Source: Candidatus Velamenicoccus archaeovorus
GTDB taxonomy: Bacteria > Omnitrophota > Gorgyraeia > Velamenicoccales > Velamenicoccaceae
NCBI RefSeq assembly: GCF_004102945.1
Contig: NZ_CP019384.1
Span: 330,001-362,000, forward strand
DNA: 32,000 nt
Direction of reading: 5' to 3'
Shown here: piece after piece, positions 23,229 to 32,000 of the stretch
Numbering within the stretch: the stretch's first letter is position 1
How the letters are laid out: each line of letters starts with the position of its first letter
Position numbers and translations under genes: made by a program
Notes under the pieces: model-generated
The model's database searches: none
Seen by the model: the letters and a program-made list of their open reading frames with translations, nothing else
Told to the model about the DNA's origin: nothing

Positions 23229-25392
23229 ATTAGCGAAAGAATTGGGATTGACGAGCAAAGACTTGCTGGCGCGTCTCAAAGAGCGCAAGATCGAGGCCAA
23301 GGGGCATATGGCCAGCCTTGATGAAGACGTGGTGAAGCTCTTTTTGGAAGAACGGCAGGCCAGGACCGGCCAGCCGGTGGCTGTGGCCGGGAAAAGACTG
23401 GATAGCGCTTCAACCGCTGTTAAGACGAGAAAGCCTGCGGGCCGGAAAGAAAAGCCCGAGGCGGTCAGGAAACCTGCGGCCGCGCCGGCAGAGGCGGTGT
23501 CTTCGGTAATAACACAGCCTGCGGCGGCGGGGCGGGGCAAGGAAGAAGGGCCGGTGCCGGAGAAGGTGAAGCCTGCAGCGCCTGCGGCTGCCGCCGAACC
23601 TGAATCCGCCGCTGCCCTTGAGACGGGTCTCAAGCCCTTAGAGGTCGATGTCCCCATCACCGTCAAGGATCTGGCGGAAAAATTAAGCATGAGGACGAGC
23701 GACCTGATCAAATTCCTGATGCTGAAACTCAAGCTGTTGGCCAATATCAACCAGAGTTTGAGCCATGAGATCGTCGCCGAGGTGCTCAAGGCCTACGGTT
23801 ACGAATTGGTCCTTCCCGAGAAACCAGACGAGATTGTCCGCAAGGTCAAGAAGGCCGGAAAGGGCGAGCAATGGAAGGGCCGTTCTCCTATCGTGACGTT
23901 CATGGGTCACGTTGACCATGGCAAGACGTCGCTTCTGGATATGATCCGCCGCACCAAGGTCGCCGAATCCGAGCACGGCGGTATCACGCAGCATATCGGC
24001 GCTTACGAGGTTAAGCTTCCCCGTGGACGGATCACCTTCCTGGATACGCCGGGCCACGAAGCCTTTACGGCCATGCGCGCCCGTGGCGCAAACGCGACGG
24101 ATATCGTCGTCCTTGTCGTGGCCGCCGATGACGGTATCATGCCGCAGACGATCGAGGCTTATGACCATGCCAAGGCCGCCGGCGTACCGATCATTGTCGC
24201 CATGAACAAGATTGATAAGCCCCAGGCGAATGTGGACCGTCTCAAGAAACAGCTCGGCAGCATCGGGTTGTTGCCTGAAGACTGGGGGGGCAAGACCATC
24301 GCTGTCGGCGTATCGGCCAAAACAGGGGAAGGCATCGATCATCTCCTGGAGATGATCCTGCTTGAGGCCGAGATGCTGGAGCTTAAAGCGCCTTATGATA
24401 TGGAGGCAAGCGGCGTCGTGATCGAGGCCAAGATGAGCAAAGGGCGCGGTCCTGTGGCGACCATCCTTGTCCAGCAGGGAGTGCTCAAGGAGGGCGATTT
24501 CGTGATCGCCGGTTACCAATCCGGCCGCGTGCGCGCAATGTTCAATGATCTGCGCCAGCCGATCGAAGAGGCCTTGCCGTCTCAACCGGTGGAAGTCACC
24601 GGTTTATCGGGCGTGCCGGAAGCCGGGGATCATTTTTATGTCGTGCGCGACGAGAGAAAAGCGCGCGAGATCGTCGAACAGAAACAGGAAGAGCTCAGGC
24701 GTCAGCGCCTGGAGCCTTTGCATAAAAACCATCTGCGCCTGGAAGATCTGCACAAGGAGATCAAGGCCGGCGTTATCAAACAGCTCAACATCATTTTGAA
24801 GGCGGATGTCCAGGGATCCCTGGAGGCCATTGAGGATTCGTTGAACAAGATCGGATCTTCGGAGGTCCAGATCAGCGTCATGCATAAGGGCGTGGGGCCG
24901 ATCAATTCGTCGGACGTGATCCTGGCGGACGCCTCGAATGCCATCATCATCGGTTTCCATGTCGAGGCCGATGACCAAGCCAAGGAATTGGCCCAGAAAG
25001 AGGACATCGATATCCGCACCTATCGTGTGATCTATGAGATCTTCAACGACATGAAGGCCGCCCTCGAAGGGATGTTGGCGCCGAAGATCAAGAAGAACTT
25101 TATCGGCCGCGCCGAGGTTCGCAAGGTCTTCCGTCTGACCAAGCACGGCATCGTCGCAGGATCGTTCGTCAAGAAGGGAAAGATCGCGCGGAGCGCCCAG
25201 GCGGCGGTGGTGCGTAACGGTGAGGTTATTCACGAAGGCAAGATCGCCGCCGTGAAGCGTTTCAAGGACGATGTGCGCGAAGTGGCCGAAGGGTTCGAGT
25301 GCGGTATTTCCCTGGTTGGTTTTGAAGATATCAAGGAGGGAGATTTTATCGACGCTTTTGAGATCGAGCATATCGCCAGGAAGCTCGCATGA
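23215..25392 (+). CDS. infB: Translation initiation factor IF-2
   Basis: N-terminus [19 protein letters not shown] domain [24 protein letters not shown] and NKID. There is an Ala/Pro-rich linker. The gene overlaps nusA by 14 nt. Confidence 0.96.
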   Translation: MRVYELAKELGLTSKDLLARLKERKIEAKGHMASLDEDVVKLFLEERQARTGQPVAVAGKRLDSASTAVKTRKPAGRKEKPEAVRKPAAAPAEAVSSVITQPAAAGRGKEEGPVPEKVKPAAPAAAAEPESAAALETGLKPLEVDVPITVKDLAEKLSMRTSDLIKFLMLKLKLLANINQSLSHEIVAEVLKAYGYELVLPEKPDEIVRKVKKAGKGEQWKGRSPIVTFMGHVDHGKTSLLDMIRRTKVAESEHGGITQHIGAYEVKLPRGRITFLDTPGHEAFTAMRARGANATDIVVLVVAADDGIMPQTIEAYDHAKAAGVPIIVAMNKIDKPQANVDRLKKQLGSIGLLPEDWGGKTIAVGVSAKTGEGIDHLLEMILLEAEMLELKAPYDMEASGVVIEAKMSKGRGPVATILVQQGVLKEGDFVIAGYQSGRVRAMFNDLRQPIEEALPSQPVEVTGLSGVPEAGDHFYVVRDERKAREIVEQKQEELRRQRLEPLHKNHLRLEDLHKEIKAGVIKQLNIILKADVQGSLEAIEDSLNKIGSSEVQISVMHKGVGPINSSDVILADASNAIIIGFHVEADDQAKELAQKEDIDIRTYRVIYEIFNDMKAALEGMLAPKIKKNFIGRAEVRKVFRLTKHGIVAGSFVKKGKIARSAQAAVVRNGEVIHEGKIAAVKRFKDDVREVAEGFECGISLVGFEDIKEGDFIDAFEIEHIARKLA

Positions 25393-26393
25393 CACATAAA
25401 AAATTGAGGATCTTGAGCGGCATGAGACCTACCGGTTCGCTGCATCTGGGGCACCTGGTGGGCGCTCTCAGCAATTGGGTCCGTCTGCAGGAGGAGTACC
25501 AGTGTTATTTTATGGTGGCGGACTGGCATGCGCTCATGAGCGAATACGAGAATTCCGCGCAGATCCAGACGTCCATCTATGAGAATGTAGCGGATTGGCT
25601 CGCGGCGGGGATCGATCCCGAAAAATCCGTGATTTTCATCCAGTCTCAGGTCCCCGAGCATATCGAACTTGCCATGGTTTTCTCCGTTCTGACGCCGCTG
25701 GGGCTTCTGGAGCGTTGCCCGACATACAAGGAACAGATGCGGGAGTTGACGGACAGGCACATCGCGACATACGCTTTCCTCGGTTACCCCGTCCTGCAGG
25801 CGGCGGACATTGCGCTCTACCGCGCCCATGCCGTGCCCGTCGGCGAAGACCAATTGCCCCACGTGGAATTGACGCGGCAGATCGTCAGGAAATTCAACGG
25901 TCTTTGGGGGGAACTTTTTGTGGAGCCCAAGCCTCTCTTGACGCAGATGCCCAGACTCCTGGGTCTCGACGGCCGCAAGATGAGCAAGAGCTACGGGAAT
26001 TTCATCGCGCTTTCCGATGAGCCCGAGGTCATCGCCAAGAAGGTCCAGGGGATGTTCACGGACCCCAAGCGTATTCGTCGGACCGACCCCGGCCATCCGG
26101 AACCGTGCAACGTCCATCGTTATTACGAGATATTTTTCCCGGAGGATGCGCCTGCGCTGGAGGCCGCCTGCCGCAGCGCGCAGGTGGGCTGTACGGAGTG
26201 TAAGAAGATGCTGGGCGAAAAGCTCATTGCGTTCTTGTCGCCCCGGCAGGAGAAGCGGCGGGAATATCTGCAGCATAAAAAGAAACTTTGTGATATCCTG
26301 GAAGCGGGACGCCTTCGCGCGCAGGAGGCGGCCCAGAAAACCATGACGGAAGTCAGGAACGCGATCGGATTCGTTCCATGTCCTACAAGATAA
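25389..26393 (+). CDS. trpS: Tryptophanyl-tRNA synthetase (with a four-Cys motif)
   Basis: HIGH-type motif GSLHLGHLVG and KMSKS at GRKMSKS. The ATG overlaps the infB stop (ATGA). Confidence 0.93.
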   Translation: MTHKKLRILSGMRPTGSLHLGHLVGALSNWVRLQEEYQCYFMVADWHALMSEYENSAQIQTSIYENVADWLAAGIDPEKSVIFIQSQVPEHIELAMVFSVLTPLGLLERCPTYKEQMRELTDRHIATYAFLGYPVLQAADIALYRAHAVPVGEDQLPHVELTRQIVRKFNGLWGELFVEPKPLLTQMPRLLGLDGRKMSKSYGNFIALSDEPEVIAKKVQGMFTDPKRIRRTDPGHPEPCNVHRYYEIFFPEDAPALEAACRSAQVGCTECKKMLGEKLIAFLSPRQEKRREYLQHKKKLCDILEAGRLRAQEAAQKTMTEVRNAIGFVPCPTR

Positions 26394-27145
26394 AACTTGA
26401 GATCTTCGAAGGCCCGCTGGATCTGCTCCTTTATCTCATCAAGAAGGACGAGATCAACGTCTACGATATCCCTATCACGACCATCCTTGAGCAGTACATG
26501 CAGTATCTCGAGCTGATGCGCATGCTCGATCTTAATGTCGCCGGTGAGTTCATTGTTATGGCCGCGACCCTCATGCACATCAAGTCCAAGATGCTCCTGC
26601 CGCAGGAGGTCAATCTGGAAGAGGACATCCCTGAGGATGAACGTGACCCGCGGGCGGAGCTTGTCAAACGCCTTTTGGAATACCAGCAGTTCAAGGAGGC
26701 GGCCGACGCGCTGAGGGCCAAGGAACGCGCGCGCCAGGATATCTTCAAGCGCCAGCCGGTCCTCGAGGACAAGGAGAGCGGCGAGTCTTATTTTGAGGCC
26801 AGCCTTTTTGACCTGATCAACGCTTTCTCCAAGGCCCTCAAAGACGTCCCCAAAGAACTTTTTTACGAAGTCATCAAGGATGAGTTTACCGTCGAAGGCA
26901 AGGTCCACGACCTTCTGCATATGATCGCCCAGACGCCGCACATCAAGCTGACGCGGCTTTTCGAGCGCGCCAAAAGCAAGCTGGAGGCGATCGCGACGTT
27001 CCTGGCAGTCTTGGAGCTCATCCGCCTCAAGGAGATCATCGTCGTGCAGAAAAATGTCTTCGGGGAGATCGAGGTTTTTCGCAATAAAGCCAATATCGAA
27101 CCTCAGGTTTCACCTGAGGTCCAGGCGGCGCCTGAAGCATCATAA
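26378..27145 (+). CDS. scpA: Segregation and condensation protein A (kleisin)
   Basis: The N-terminus FEGPLDLLLYLIKKDEINVYDIPITTILEQY is diagnostic. The gene overlaps trpS by 16 nt. Confidence 0.88.
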   Translation: MSYKIKLEIFEGPLDLLLYLIKKDEINVYDIPITTILEQYMQYLELMRMLDLNVAGEFIVMAATLMHIKSKMLLPQEVNLEEDIPEDERDPRAELVKRLLEYQQFKEAADALRAKERARQDIFKRQPVLEDKESGESYFEASLFDLINAFSKALKDVPKELFYEVIKDEFTVEGKVHDLLHMIAQTPHIKLTRLFERAKSKLEAIATFLAVLELIRLKEIIVVQKNVFGEIEVFRNKANIEPQVSPEVQAAPEAS

Positions 27146-27166
27146 TCCAGCCTTCCGTTAAAGACC

Positions 27167-28198
27167 ATGGACGAAAAAGCCTTTTCTTTCGACGATATCA
27201 TAGCCCGGGGCGCGGCGAAAGGTGACGAGGTCACGTCGCGCAACGAGACAGACGAAGACGTCGTCCTGAATATTTCCCTGCGGCCGGCGACGCTGGAAGA
27301 ATTTATCGGCCAAAAAGAGGTCGTCGACAACCTGAAGCTGTCCATCACGGCGGCCCGGCAGCGCAGCGAGCCTCTGGAGCATGTGCTTCTCTGCGGCCCG
27401 CCCGGCCTGGGCAAGACGTGTTTGGCGTCGATCATCGCCCATGAGATGGGAACGAAGATCACGGCCACATCGGGACCGGCGATCGAACGCGCCGGCGACC
27501 TGATCGGTATCCTGACAAACCTTGAAGCGGGAGATGTGCTTTTTATCGATGAGATCCACAGGCTCTCGAAGGTCGTCGAGGAATTTTTGTATCCCGCCAT
27601 GGAGAATTTCCAGATTGACTTTGTCATCGACAAGGGGCCGTACGCCCGGACGATCAAGTTCAATCTTAAACGTTTCACCCTTGTGGGGGCCACGACCCGC
27701 AGCGGACTTATCGGTTCGCCCTTGCGGTCCCGGTTCGGGATCCTGCACCACTTCGATTTCTACAAGGACGAAGATCTGGCCAGGATCATCAAGCGTTCTG
27801 CGTCTTTGTTGGGGATCGCGGTGGATGATGGCGGGGCGGCGGAGATCGCGCGCCGCGCGCGCGGCACGCCCCGCATCGCCAACAGACTGTTGAGACGCGT
27901 CAGGGACTATGCCCAGGTCCACGGCGCCTCCGGTATTGTGCGCTCCTTGGCCGATGAGGCCCTCAAGGGCCTGGGCATCGATGAACACGGCCTTGATGAA
28001 GCCGACCGGCGTGTCCTGCGGACGATCCTGTCGACCTATCGCGGCGGACCTGTCGGTATCGAGACCCTCGCCGCGACCCTCAACGAAGAACCGGACACCA
28101 TCATGGATACGATCGAGCCGTATCTGTTGAAGGCCGGTTTTCTGAAACGCACATCCCGCGGGCGGGAGGCGACCGATCTTGCCCGTAACCTATTCTAA
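27167..28198 (+). CDS. ruvB: Holliday junction branch-migration helicase RuvB
   Basis: Shows [12 protein letters not shown], Walker [18 protein letters not shown] and [16 protein letters not shown]. Confidence 0.96.
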   Translation: MDEKAFSFDDIIARGAAKGDEVTSRNETDEDVVLNISLRPATLEEFIGQKEVVDNLKLSITAARQRSEPLEHVLLCGPPGLGKTCLASIIAHEMGTKITATSGPAIERAGDLIGILTNLEAGDVLFIDEIHRLSKVVEEFLYPAMENFQIDFVIDKGPYARTIKFNLKRFTLVGATTRSGLIGSPLRSRFGILHHFDFYKDEDLARIIKRSASLLGIAVDDGGAAEIARRARGTPRIANRLLRRVRDYAQVHGASGIVRSLADEALKGLGIDEHGLDEADRRVLRTILSTYRGGPVGIETLAATLNEEPDTIMDTIEPYLLKAGFLKRTSRGREATDLARNLF

Positions 28199-28770
28199 TG
28201 ATGAAGGTCTTGTTGCATATCTGTTGCGGACCCTGCGCGATCTACCCGGCGAGCCTCCTGCGTGAGGAAGGCTTTGAAGTCGAAGGCTTTTTCTACAATC
28301 CCAATATCCATCCTTATTCCGAGTACCTCAGACGTTATGAAGCTGTTCTGGCCGCCAGCGAACGGCTGAACCTGAGCACGATCTACCACCGTTATGATTT
28401 CGAGCGTTTTCTCAAGCTTGTTTCTTGCGTTGAGGACCGCACGCGCCGGCACAGCCTTTGCTGGCGTATCCGGCTCGAAGAGACCGCCAAGGCCGCCGGC
28501 GACCACGGCATCGGCGCCTTCACCACGACGCTTTTGAGCAGTCCTTATCAGGATATCGGCGAGATCGCGCGCTTGGGCCAAGAGATCGCCCAGGGGCACG
28601 GCCTTGAATTCATCGTCAGGAATTTCCGGAAGGGCTTTGCGGAGTCCCACAAGCTTTCCCGCGAGTGGGAGTTGTATCATCAGAATTATTGCGGCTGTAT
28701 CTATTCAGAGAAAGAAAGTGTCGAGCAGAGAAACAAAAAAAGGCCTCCGGACGCGCGCCTCCGGGCGTAG
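28198..28770 (+). CDS. queH: Epoxyqueuosine reductase QueH (DUF208)
   Basis: N-terminus LLHICCGPCAIYP..., FFYNPNIHP and C-terminal YHQNYCGC. The start overlaps the ruvB stop (TAATG). Confidence 0.85.
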   Translation: MMKVLLHICCGPCAIYPASLLREEGFEVEGFFYNPNIHPYSEYLRRYEAVLAASERLNLSTIYHRYDFERFLKLVSCVEDRTRRHSLCWRIRLEETAKAAGDHGIGAFTTTLLSSPYQDIGEIARLGQEIAQGHGLEFIVRNFRKGFAESHKLSREWELYHQNYCGCIYSEKESVEQRNKKRPPDARLRA

Positions 28771-29158
28771 GTCTTGGAGGGTGGCCGTCGCGGCCTGCTG
28801 TATTTTTTGGTGCGTGATATCGCCTGCGGGATGCCAGGAAGAAGCGTCCGTCCGGCCGCCCGAACCGGAGGCGCGGCAATGGCTTCGTCAGCACGATGAC
28901 GATGTGTGTTTTCGCCTCGCAGGTCAATGTACGGGACCGCAAAATGCGCCTGCCTATATCAAAAAACTTTATATGGCCGGCGCAATCTTTGTGGGCGTGG
29001 TTTTTTCGGGAGAGGAACCGGTGGGATTGAGGGTGTATCTTCCGGTAACCGAGGAAAAACGGGAAGAGGTTTTTGAAACTGCCAACGTTGTTTTTCAAAA
29101 AGGCGGTTACGGTGTCCTCCGCGACGAAGATCAGGACGCCATTACGATATGGTTTTAG
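28718..29158 (+). CDS. Small putative lipoprotein, unknown function (start uncertain)
   Basis: Lipobox ISPAG-C after the hydrophobic AVAACCIFWCV. GTG 28718 gives an Arg-rich n-region (GRRSWRV) but overlaps queH by 53 nt. GTG 28781 is an alternative with no charged n-region. I recognise no homolog. Confidence 0.4.
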   Translation: MSSRETKKGLRTRASGRRSWRVAVAACCIFWCVISPAGCQEEASVRPPEPEARQWLRQHDDDVCFRLAGQCTGPQNAPAYIKKLYMAGAIFVGVVFSGEEPVGLRVYLPVTEEKREEVFETANVVFQKGGYGVLRDEDQDAITIWF

Positions 29159-29186
29159 CTTGCAGGGTTCATTTTGACGGATCGCC

Positions 29187-30221
29187 ATGGTGAAGACGAA
29201 GATCATAGCGACGATAGGGCCGGCGAGTCGTTCGTCGGCCGTCTTGCGACGGATGATGCGCGCGGGTTTGGATGTTGTGCGGTTGAATTTTTCCCACGCC
29301 ACGCACGCGGAATGCCTGCAGACCATCCGGATGGTGCGGCAGCTGAACCGACGTTATGGCCGTTCTCTGCGTCTCTTGGGCGATTTGGAAGGTCACAGGG
29401 TCCGTATCGGCCGGCTGCGAGATCATCAGTCCTTGACGTTGCGCAAGGGGCAAACGTTGTGGCTCGTCCAGGACGCAGGGTTTGTGGGGGAAGGCAACAG
29501 GGTGGCCTTTGATTATGAAGGGGCGATCAAGGACATCCATCAGGGACACAGGATTTTCGTTGACGACGGCTTGATCGCCCTTGACGTTCTTTCTGTTTCC
29601 CGCCGGGTCCTCAAGACGCGCGTCGTGTTTGACGGTGTGCTTGGGGAATTCAAGGGCGTCAATATCCCGCAGGCGCGTCTTCATTTCGGCGGCCTTTCCT
29701 CCAAGGACAAGGAGGACATCGCCTTTGGCTGCGTCCACAGCTTGGATTTCCTGGCCCAGTCTTTTGTGCGCACGGCTTCAGATATGCTGGCCGTCAGGCG
29801 CGTCCTGCCTGTCGGCCGCAAAGGAAAGGTGCGTCTTGTCGCCAAGATCGAGAATGCCGACGGCATCCGCAACATCGATCGTATCATCGATGCCTCCGAT
29901 GCTGTCATGGTTGCCAGGGGGGACATGGGCGTCTCGATCCCCATCGAGGACGTCCCCGTCGTGCAGAAAGAGATCATCCGCAAGTGCAATGCCCGAAAAA
30001 AACCCGTCATCACGGCGACCCAGATGCTTGAGCACATGACCGTCGAGCGTATCCCGACGAGGGCCGAGGTTTCGGATGTGGCCAATGCGGTCCTGGACGG
30101 CTCTGATTATGTTATGCTCTCGGCCGAGACGGCGGCAGGCAGGTATCCGGTTGAGGCGGTGGCGATGATGAACAAGATCATACGTGTCACAGAGGAGTGG
30201 TGCCGATGTCGCGGGCGTTGA
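29187..30221 (+). CDS. pyk: Pyruvate kinase, A and B domains only (C-terminal domain absent)
   Basis: Shows KTKIIATIGPAS, RLNFSHA, AKIENADG, MVARGDMGVSIP, ATQMLEHM, PTRAEVSDVANA and MLSAETAAGRYP. At 344 aa it ends where the C domain would begin. Confidence 0.86.
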   Translation: MVKTKIIATIGPASRSSAVLRRMMRAGLDVVRLNFSHATHAECLQTIRMVRQLNRRYGRSLRLLGDLEGHRVRIGRLRDHQSLTLRKGQTLWLVQDAGFVGEGNRVAFDYEGAIKDIHQGHRIFVDDGLIALDVLSVSRRVLKTRVVFDGVLGEFKGVNIPQARLHFGGLSSKDKEDIAFGCVHSLDFLAQSFVRTASDMLAVRRVLPVGRKGKVRLVAKIENADGIRNIDRIIDASDAVMVARGDMGVSIPIEDVPVVQKEIIRKCNARKKPVITATQMLEHMTVERIPTRAEVSDVANAVLDGSDYVMLSAETAAGRYPVEAVAMMNKIIRVTEEWCRCRGR

Positions 30222-30409
30222 TCATTGCCGGTATTGTTTTGATCCTGGCGGGGCTGTTGGGAAATGTCTTGAAGACGTTTCCTTTCGGCCGCCTGCCCGG
30301 CGATATCGTGATCCATAAGAAGAATATCACTTTCTATGCGCCCCTCATGACATCCTTGTTTTTGAGTCTGGCGGCGTCCGCGGTGTTATGGTTTTTATCG
30401 AAAAGATGA
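30206..30409 (+). CDS. DUF2905-family small membrane protein
   Basis: Two TM helices flank the GRLPGDI motif. ATG 30206 has AGAGGAG upstream. The gene overlaps the pyk 3' end by 16 nt. Confidence 0.75.
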   Translation: MSRALIIAGIVLILAGLLGNVLKTFPFGRLPGDIVIHKKNITFYAPLMTSLFLSLAASAVLWFLSKR

Positions 30410-31551
30410 AATGGTGGTTATGTCTGGCAGCAGGGGCAGGCGTTGGGGTTTGCCTTTGCGGGACGGTATGGGGTTCGTCTCAGCCTCCGACGGTGCGTGT
30501 GGCCATCGTTCGCGACACCAAAGAGCTGACCCTTGCCGTTGAAGGGGCATTCGACATCTCCGCCGTGCCGGCTGGAAAAAAGATATATCACGGCAGCCGT
30601 CTCGCCTCCAGCAAGGCCGTGGCGGTTGATAAGGGCATCAAGATCCATCAGACGGTCTACGATGCATCTTCTTTGAGGATCAGCGCACACAAGAAAGCCG
30701 CCATTTTCGTCAATCACAGGCCTTATCGCGGCGATATCGTCCTCATTCGCTCGGCCGAGGGGTCGTTGTCGGCCATCAATGTTCTGGATGTCGAATCGTA
30801 TGTCAAGGGCGTCCTCGTCCATGAGATTTCTCCTGCGTGGCCGATCGACGCCATCAAGGCGCAGGCTATCGCCGCCAGGACGTATGCCTTATATCAGAAG
30901 GAGATCAGCAGCCACCGGCCTTACGACCTTGTGGCAGACACCTTTTCACAGGTTTACGGGGGGTTCGCTTCGGAAAGAAACAAGACGAATCGCGCGGTCA
31001 ACTTTACTTTCGGCGAGGTGCTGCTTTATGGCGGCAAGATTTTCCCTGCGTATTTTCATGCGACCTGCGGCGGTTCGACGGAAAGTGCCGCCGAACTATG
31101 GAAGCTCGATATAGAACCTCTCAAAGGCGACCGCCTTTGTTCTTTTTGCTCGGCGTCTCCCCATTATTACTGGAATATCTCTCTGGATTTCAAAACCATC
31201 CGTAAAAAATTAGGGCCGTTTTACACGCTCCAAGGGGAGCTGCAAAACATCTCCGTTGAGGAACGCAATGCGTCGGGGCGTGTCCATTCCCTGCGTCTTA
31301 AAGACGAGGCGGGCGATTCGGTCGTTATTTCCGCTAAAGATTTCCGGCAGGCGATGGGGCCGGACATCGTGCGTTCGACCAATTTCACTATCACGGTCAA
31401 GGGTTCAAAAGTTGTTTTCAACGGCAAAGGGTGGGGGCATGGCGTCGGGTTGTGCCAGTGGGGCGCTTTGGGCATGTCGCGCCGGGGGTACGACTATAAA
31501 GAGATATTGGCATTCTATTATCCGGGTTCCCGTGTCACCAAGATATATTAG
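30406..31551 (+). CDS. SpoIID/LytB-domain protein (peptidoglycan remodelling)
   Basis: Shows VESYVKGVL..E, AIKAQAIAARTYA, YFHATCGGSTE and GWGHGVGLCQWGA. ATG 30406 overlaps the DUF2905 stop (ATGA). ATG 30388 is an alternative start. Confidence 0.85.
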   Translation: MKWWLCLAAGAGVGVCLCGTVWGSSQPPTVRVAIVRDTKELTLAVEGAFDISAVPAGKKIYHGSRLASSKAVAVDKGIKIHQTVYDASSLRISAHKKAAIFVNHRPYRGDIVLIRSAEGSLSAINVLDVESYVKGVLVHEISPAWPIDAIKAQAIAARTYALYQKEISSHRPYDLVADTFSQVYGGFASERNKTNRAVNFTFGEVLLYGGKIFPAYFHATCGGSTESAAELWKLDIEPLKGDRLCSFCSASPHYYWNISLDFKTIRKKLGPFYTLQGELQNISVEERNASGRVHSLRLKDEAGDSVVISAKDFRQAMGPDIVRSTNFTITVKGSKVVFNGKGWGHGVGLCQWGALGMSRRGYDYKEILAFYYPGSRVTKIY

Positions 31552-31580
31552 AGGCGCGACGCCTGCATTTTTGAGCTACC

Positions 31581-32000
31581 ATGCATCATCTTTCGGATTA
31601 TGACTATGAGCTCCCTGTCGACCGGATCGCCCAGACGCCGGCGGCCCAACGGGACGCATCGCGGCTGTTAGTGATGGAACGCGCCGGCGGTCGGCTCAGG
31701 GACAAGCGGTTTTTCCAGCTGGCCGAGGACTTGGCGGCCGGAGACCTTCTGGTTTTTAACGATACACGGGTGGTTCCGGCGAGGCTCCTGGGGCGGCGGG
31801 CCACAGGCGGTTGTGTCGAGATCCTTCTGTTGGGGCCGGCGTCGAAACGGTGCCACCGGCCTGCGAGATTTACGTATCAGGCATTGATCAAGCCGCTGGG
31901 TCGACTCAAAGAAGGGGAGAAAATTTTTTTAGATAAGGGCCTGGTCTGCCGGTTGCTGGATCCGAAAAACAGGATCGTGGATTTTGACGGCAGGCCAGCG
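31581..32000 (+). CDS. queA: S-adenosylmethionine:tRNA ribosyltransferase-isomerase, 5' part (runs off the window)
   Basis: The frame is open from ATG 31581 to the window end and reads MHHLSDYDYELPVDRIAQTPAAQRDASRLLV...GDLLVFNDTRVVPARLLG, the canonical QueA N-terminus. It is absent from the ORF track because it has no stop. Confidence 0.9.
   Translation, partial: MHHLSDYDYELPVDRIAQTPAAQRDASRLLVMERAGGRLRDKRFFQLAEDLAAGDLLVFNDTRVVPARLLGRRATGGCVEILLLGPASKRCHRPARFTYQALIKPLGRLKEGEKIFLDKGLVCRLLDPKNRIVDFDGRPA

Noticed and set aside
22083-23789. A 568-aa minus-strand ORF spanning nusA and the infB 5' end
   Set aside because: This is the same shadow-ORF phenomenon. It crosses the boundary of two well-supported + strand genes and has no recognisable domain.

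Overview
The window is a co-directional stretch of about 28 protein genes, all on the + strand. They are tightly packed and often overlap by 1-16 nt at stop/start junctions. Coding sequence is moderately GC-rich and the spacers are AT-rich and low in complexity. I found no rRNA, tRNA, CRISPR array, transposase or integrase.

Gene order: clpP (3' end) | class-V aminotransferase-serA | secreted Cys-rich/thioredoxin-fold protein-HMGL-family synthase | purA | OmpA-like lipoprotein | coiled-coil membrane protein | DUF4912 protein | GH57 branching enzyme | uppS-cdsA | dxr | rseP | ispG-cpaF-like 1 | proS-cpaF-like 2-rimP | nusA-infB-trpS-scpA-ruvB-queH-small lipoprotein-pyk-DUF2905-SpoIID-like | queA (5' part).

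Most of this is ordinary housekeeping content from an unassigned diderm bacterium. Lineage cannot be determined from the sequence alone.

Observations worth a second look:
1. Two CpaF/TadA-type secretion ATPase paralogs are translationally coupled into the conserved ispG/proS/rimP string, with no other Tad or pilus genes in 32 kb. One paralog has an altered His box.
2. Several housekeeping enzymes have non-canonical architecture. ProRS has its INS editing domain replaced by a CxxC...CxxC mini-insert. TrpRS carries a 4-Cys Fe-S-type motif. Pyruvate kinase lacks the whole C-terminal domain.
3. A 602-aa secreted multidomain protein of unknown function is coupled to an orphan HMGL-family synthase.
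4. Recurring spacer elements occur only between genes: AATAACCAA/TTGGTTATT words, CCTGCC.../...GGCAGG hairpins, a 16-nt degenerate tandem array and a 7-nt tandem array.

I see no clear evidence of a complete novel multi-gene system. The CpaF pair is the best candidate, and its significance is an inference.
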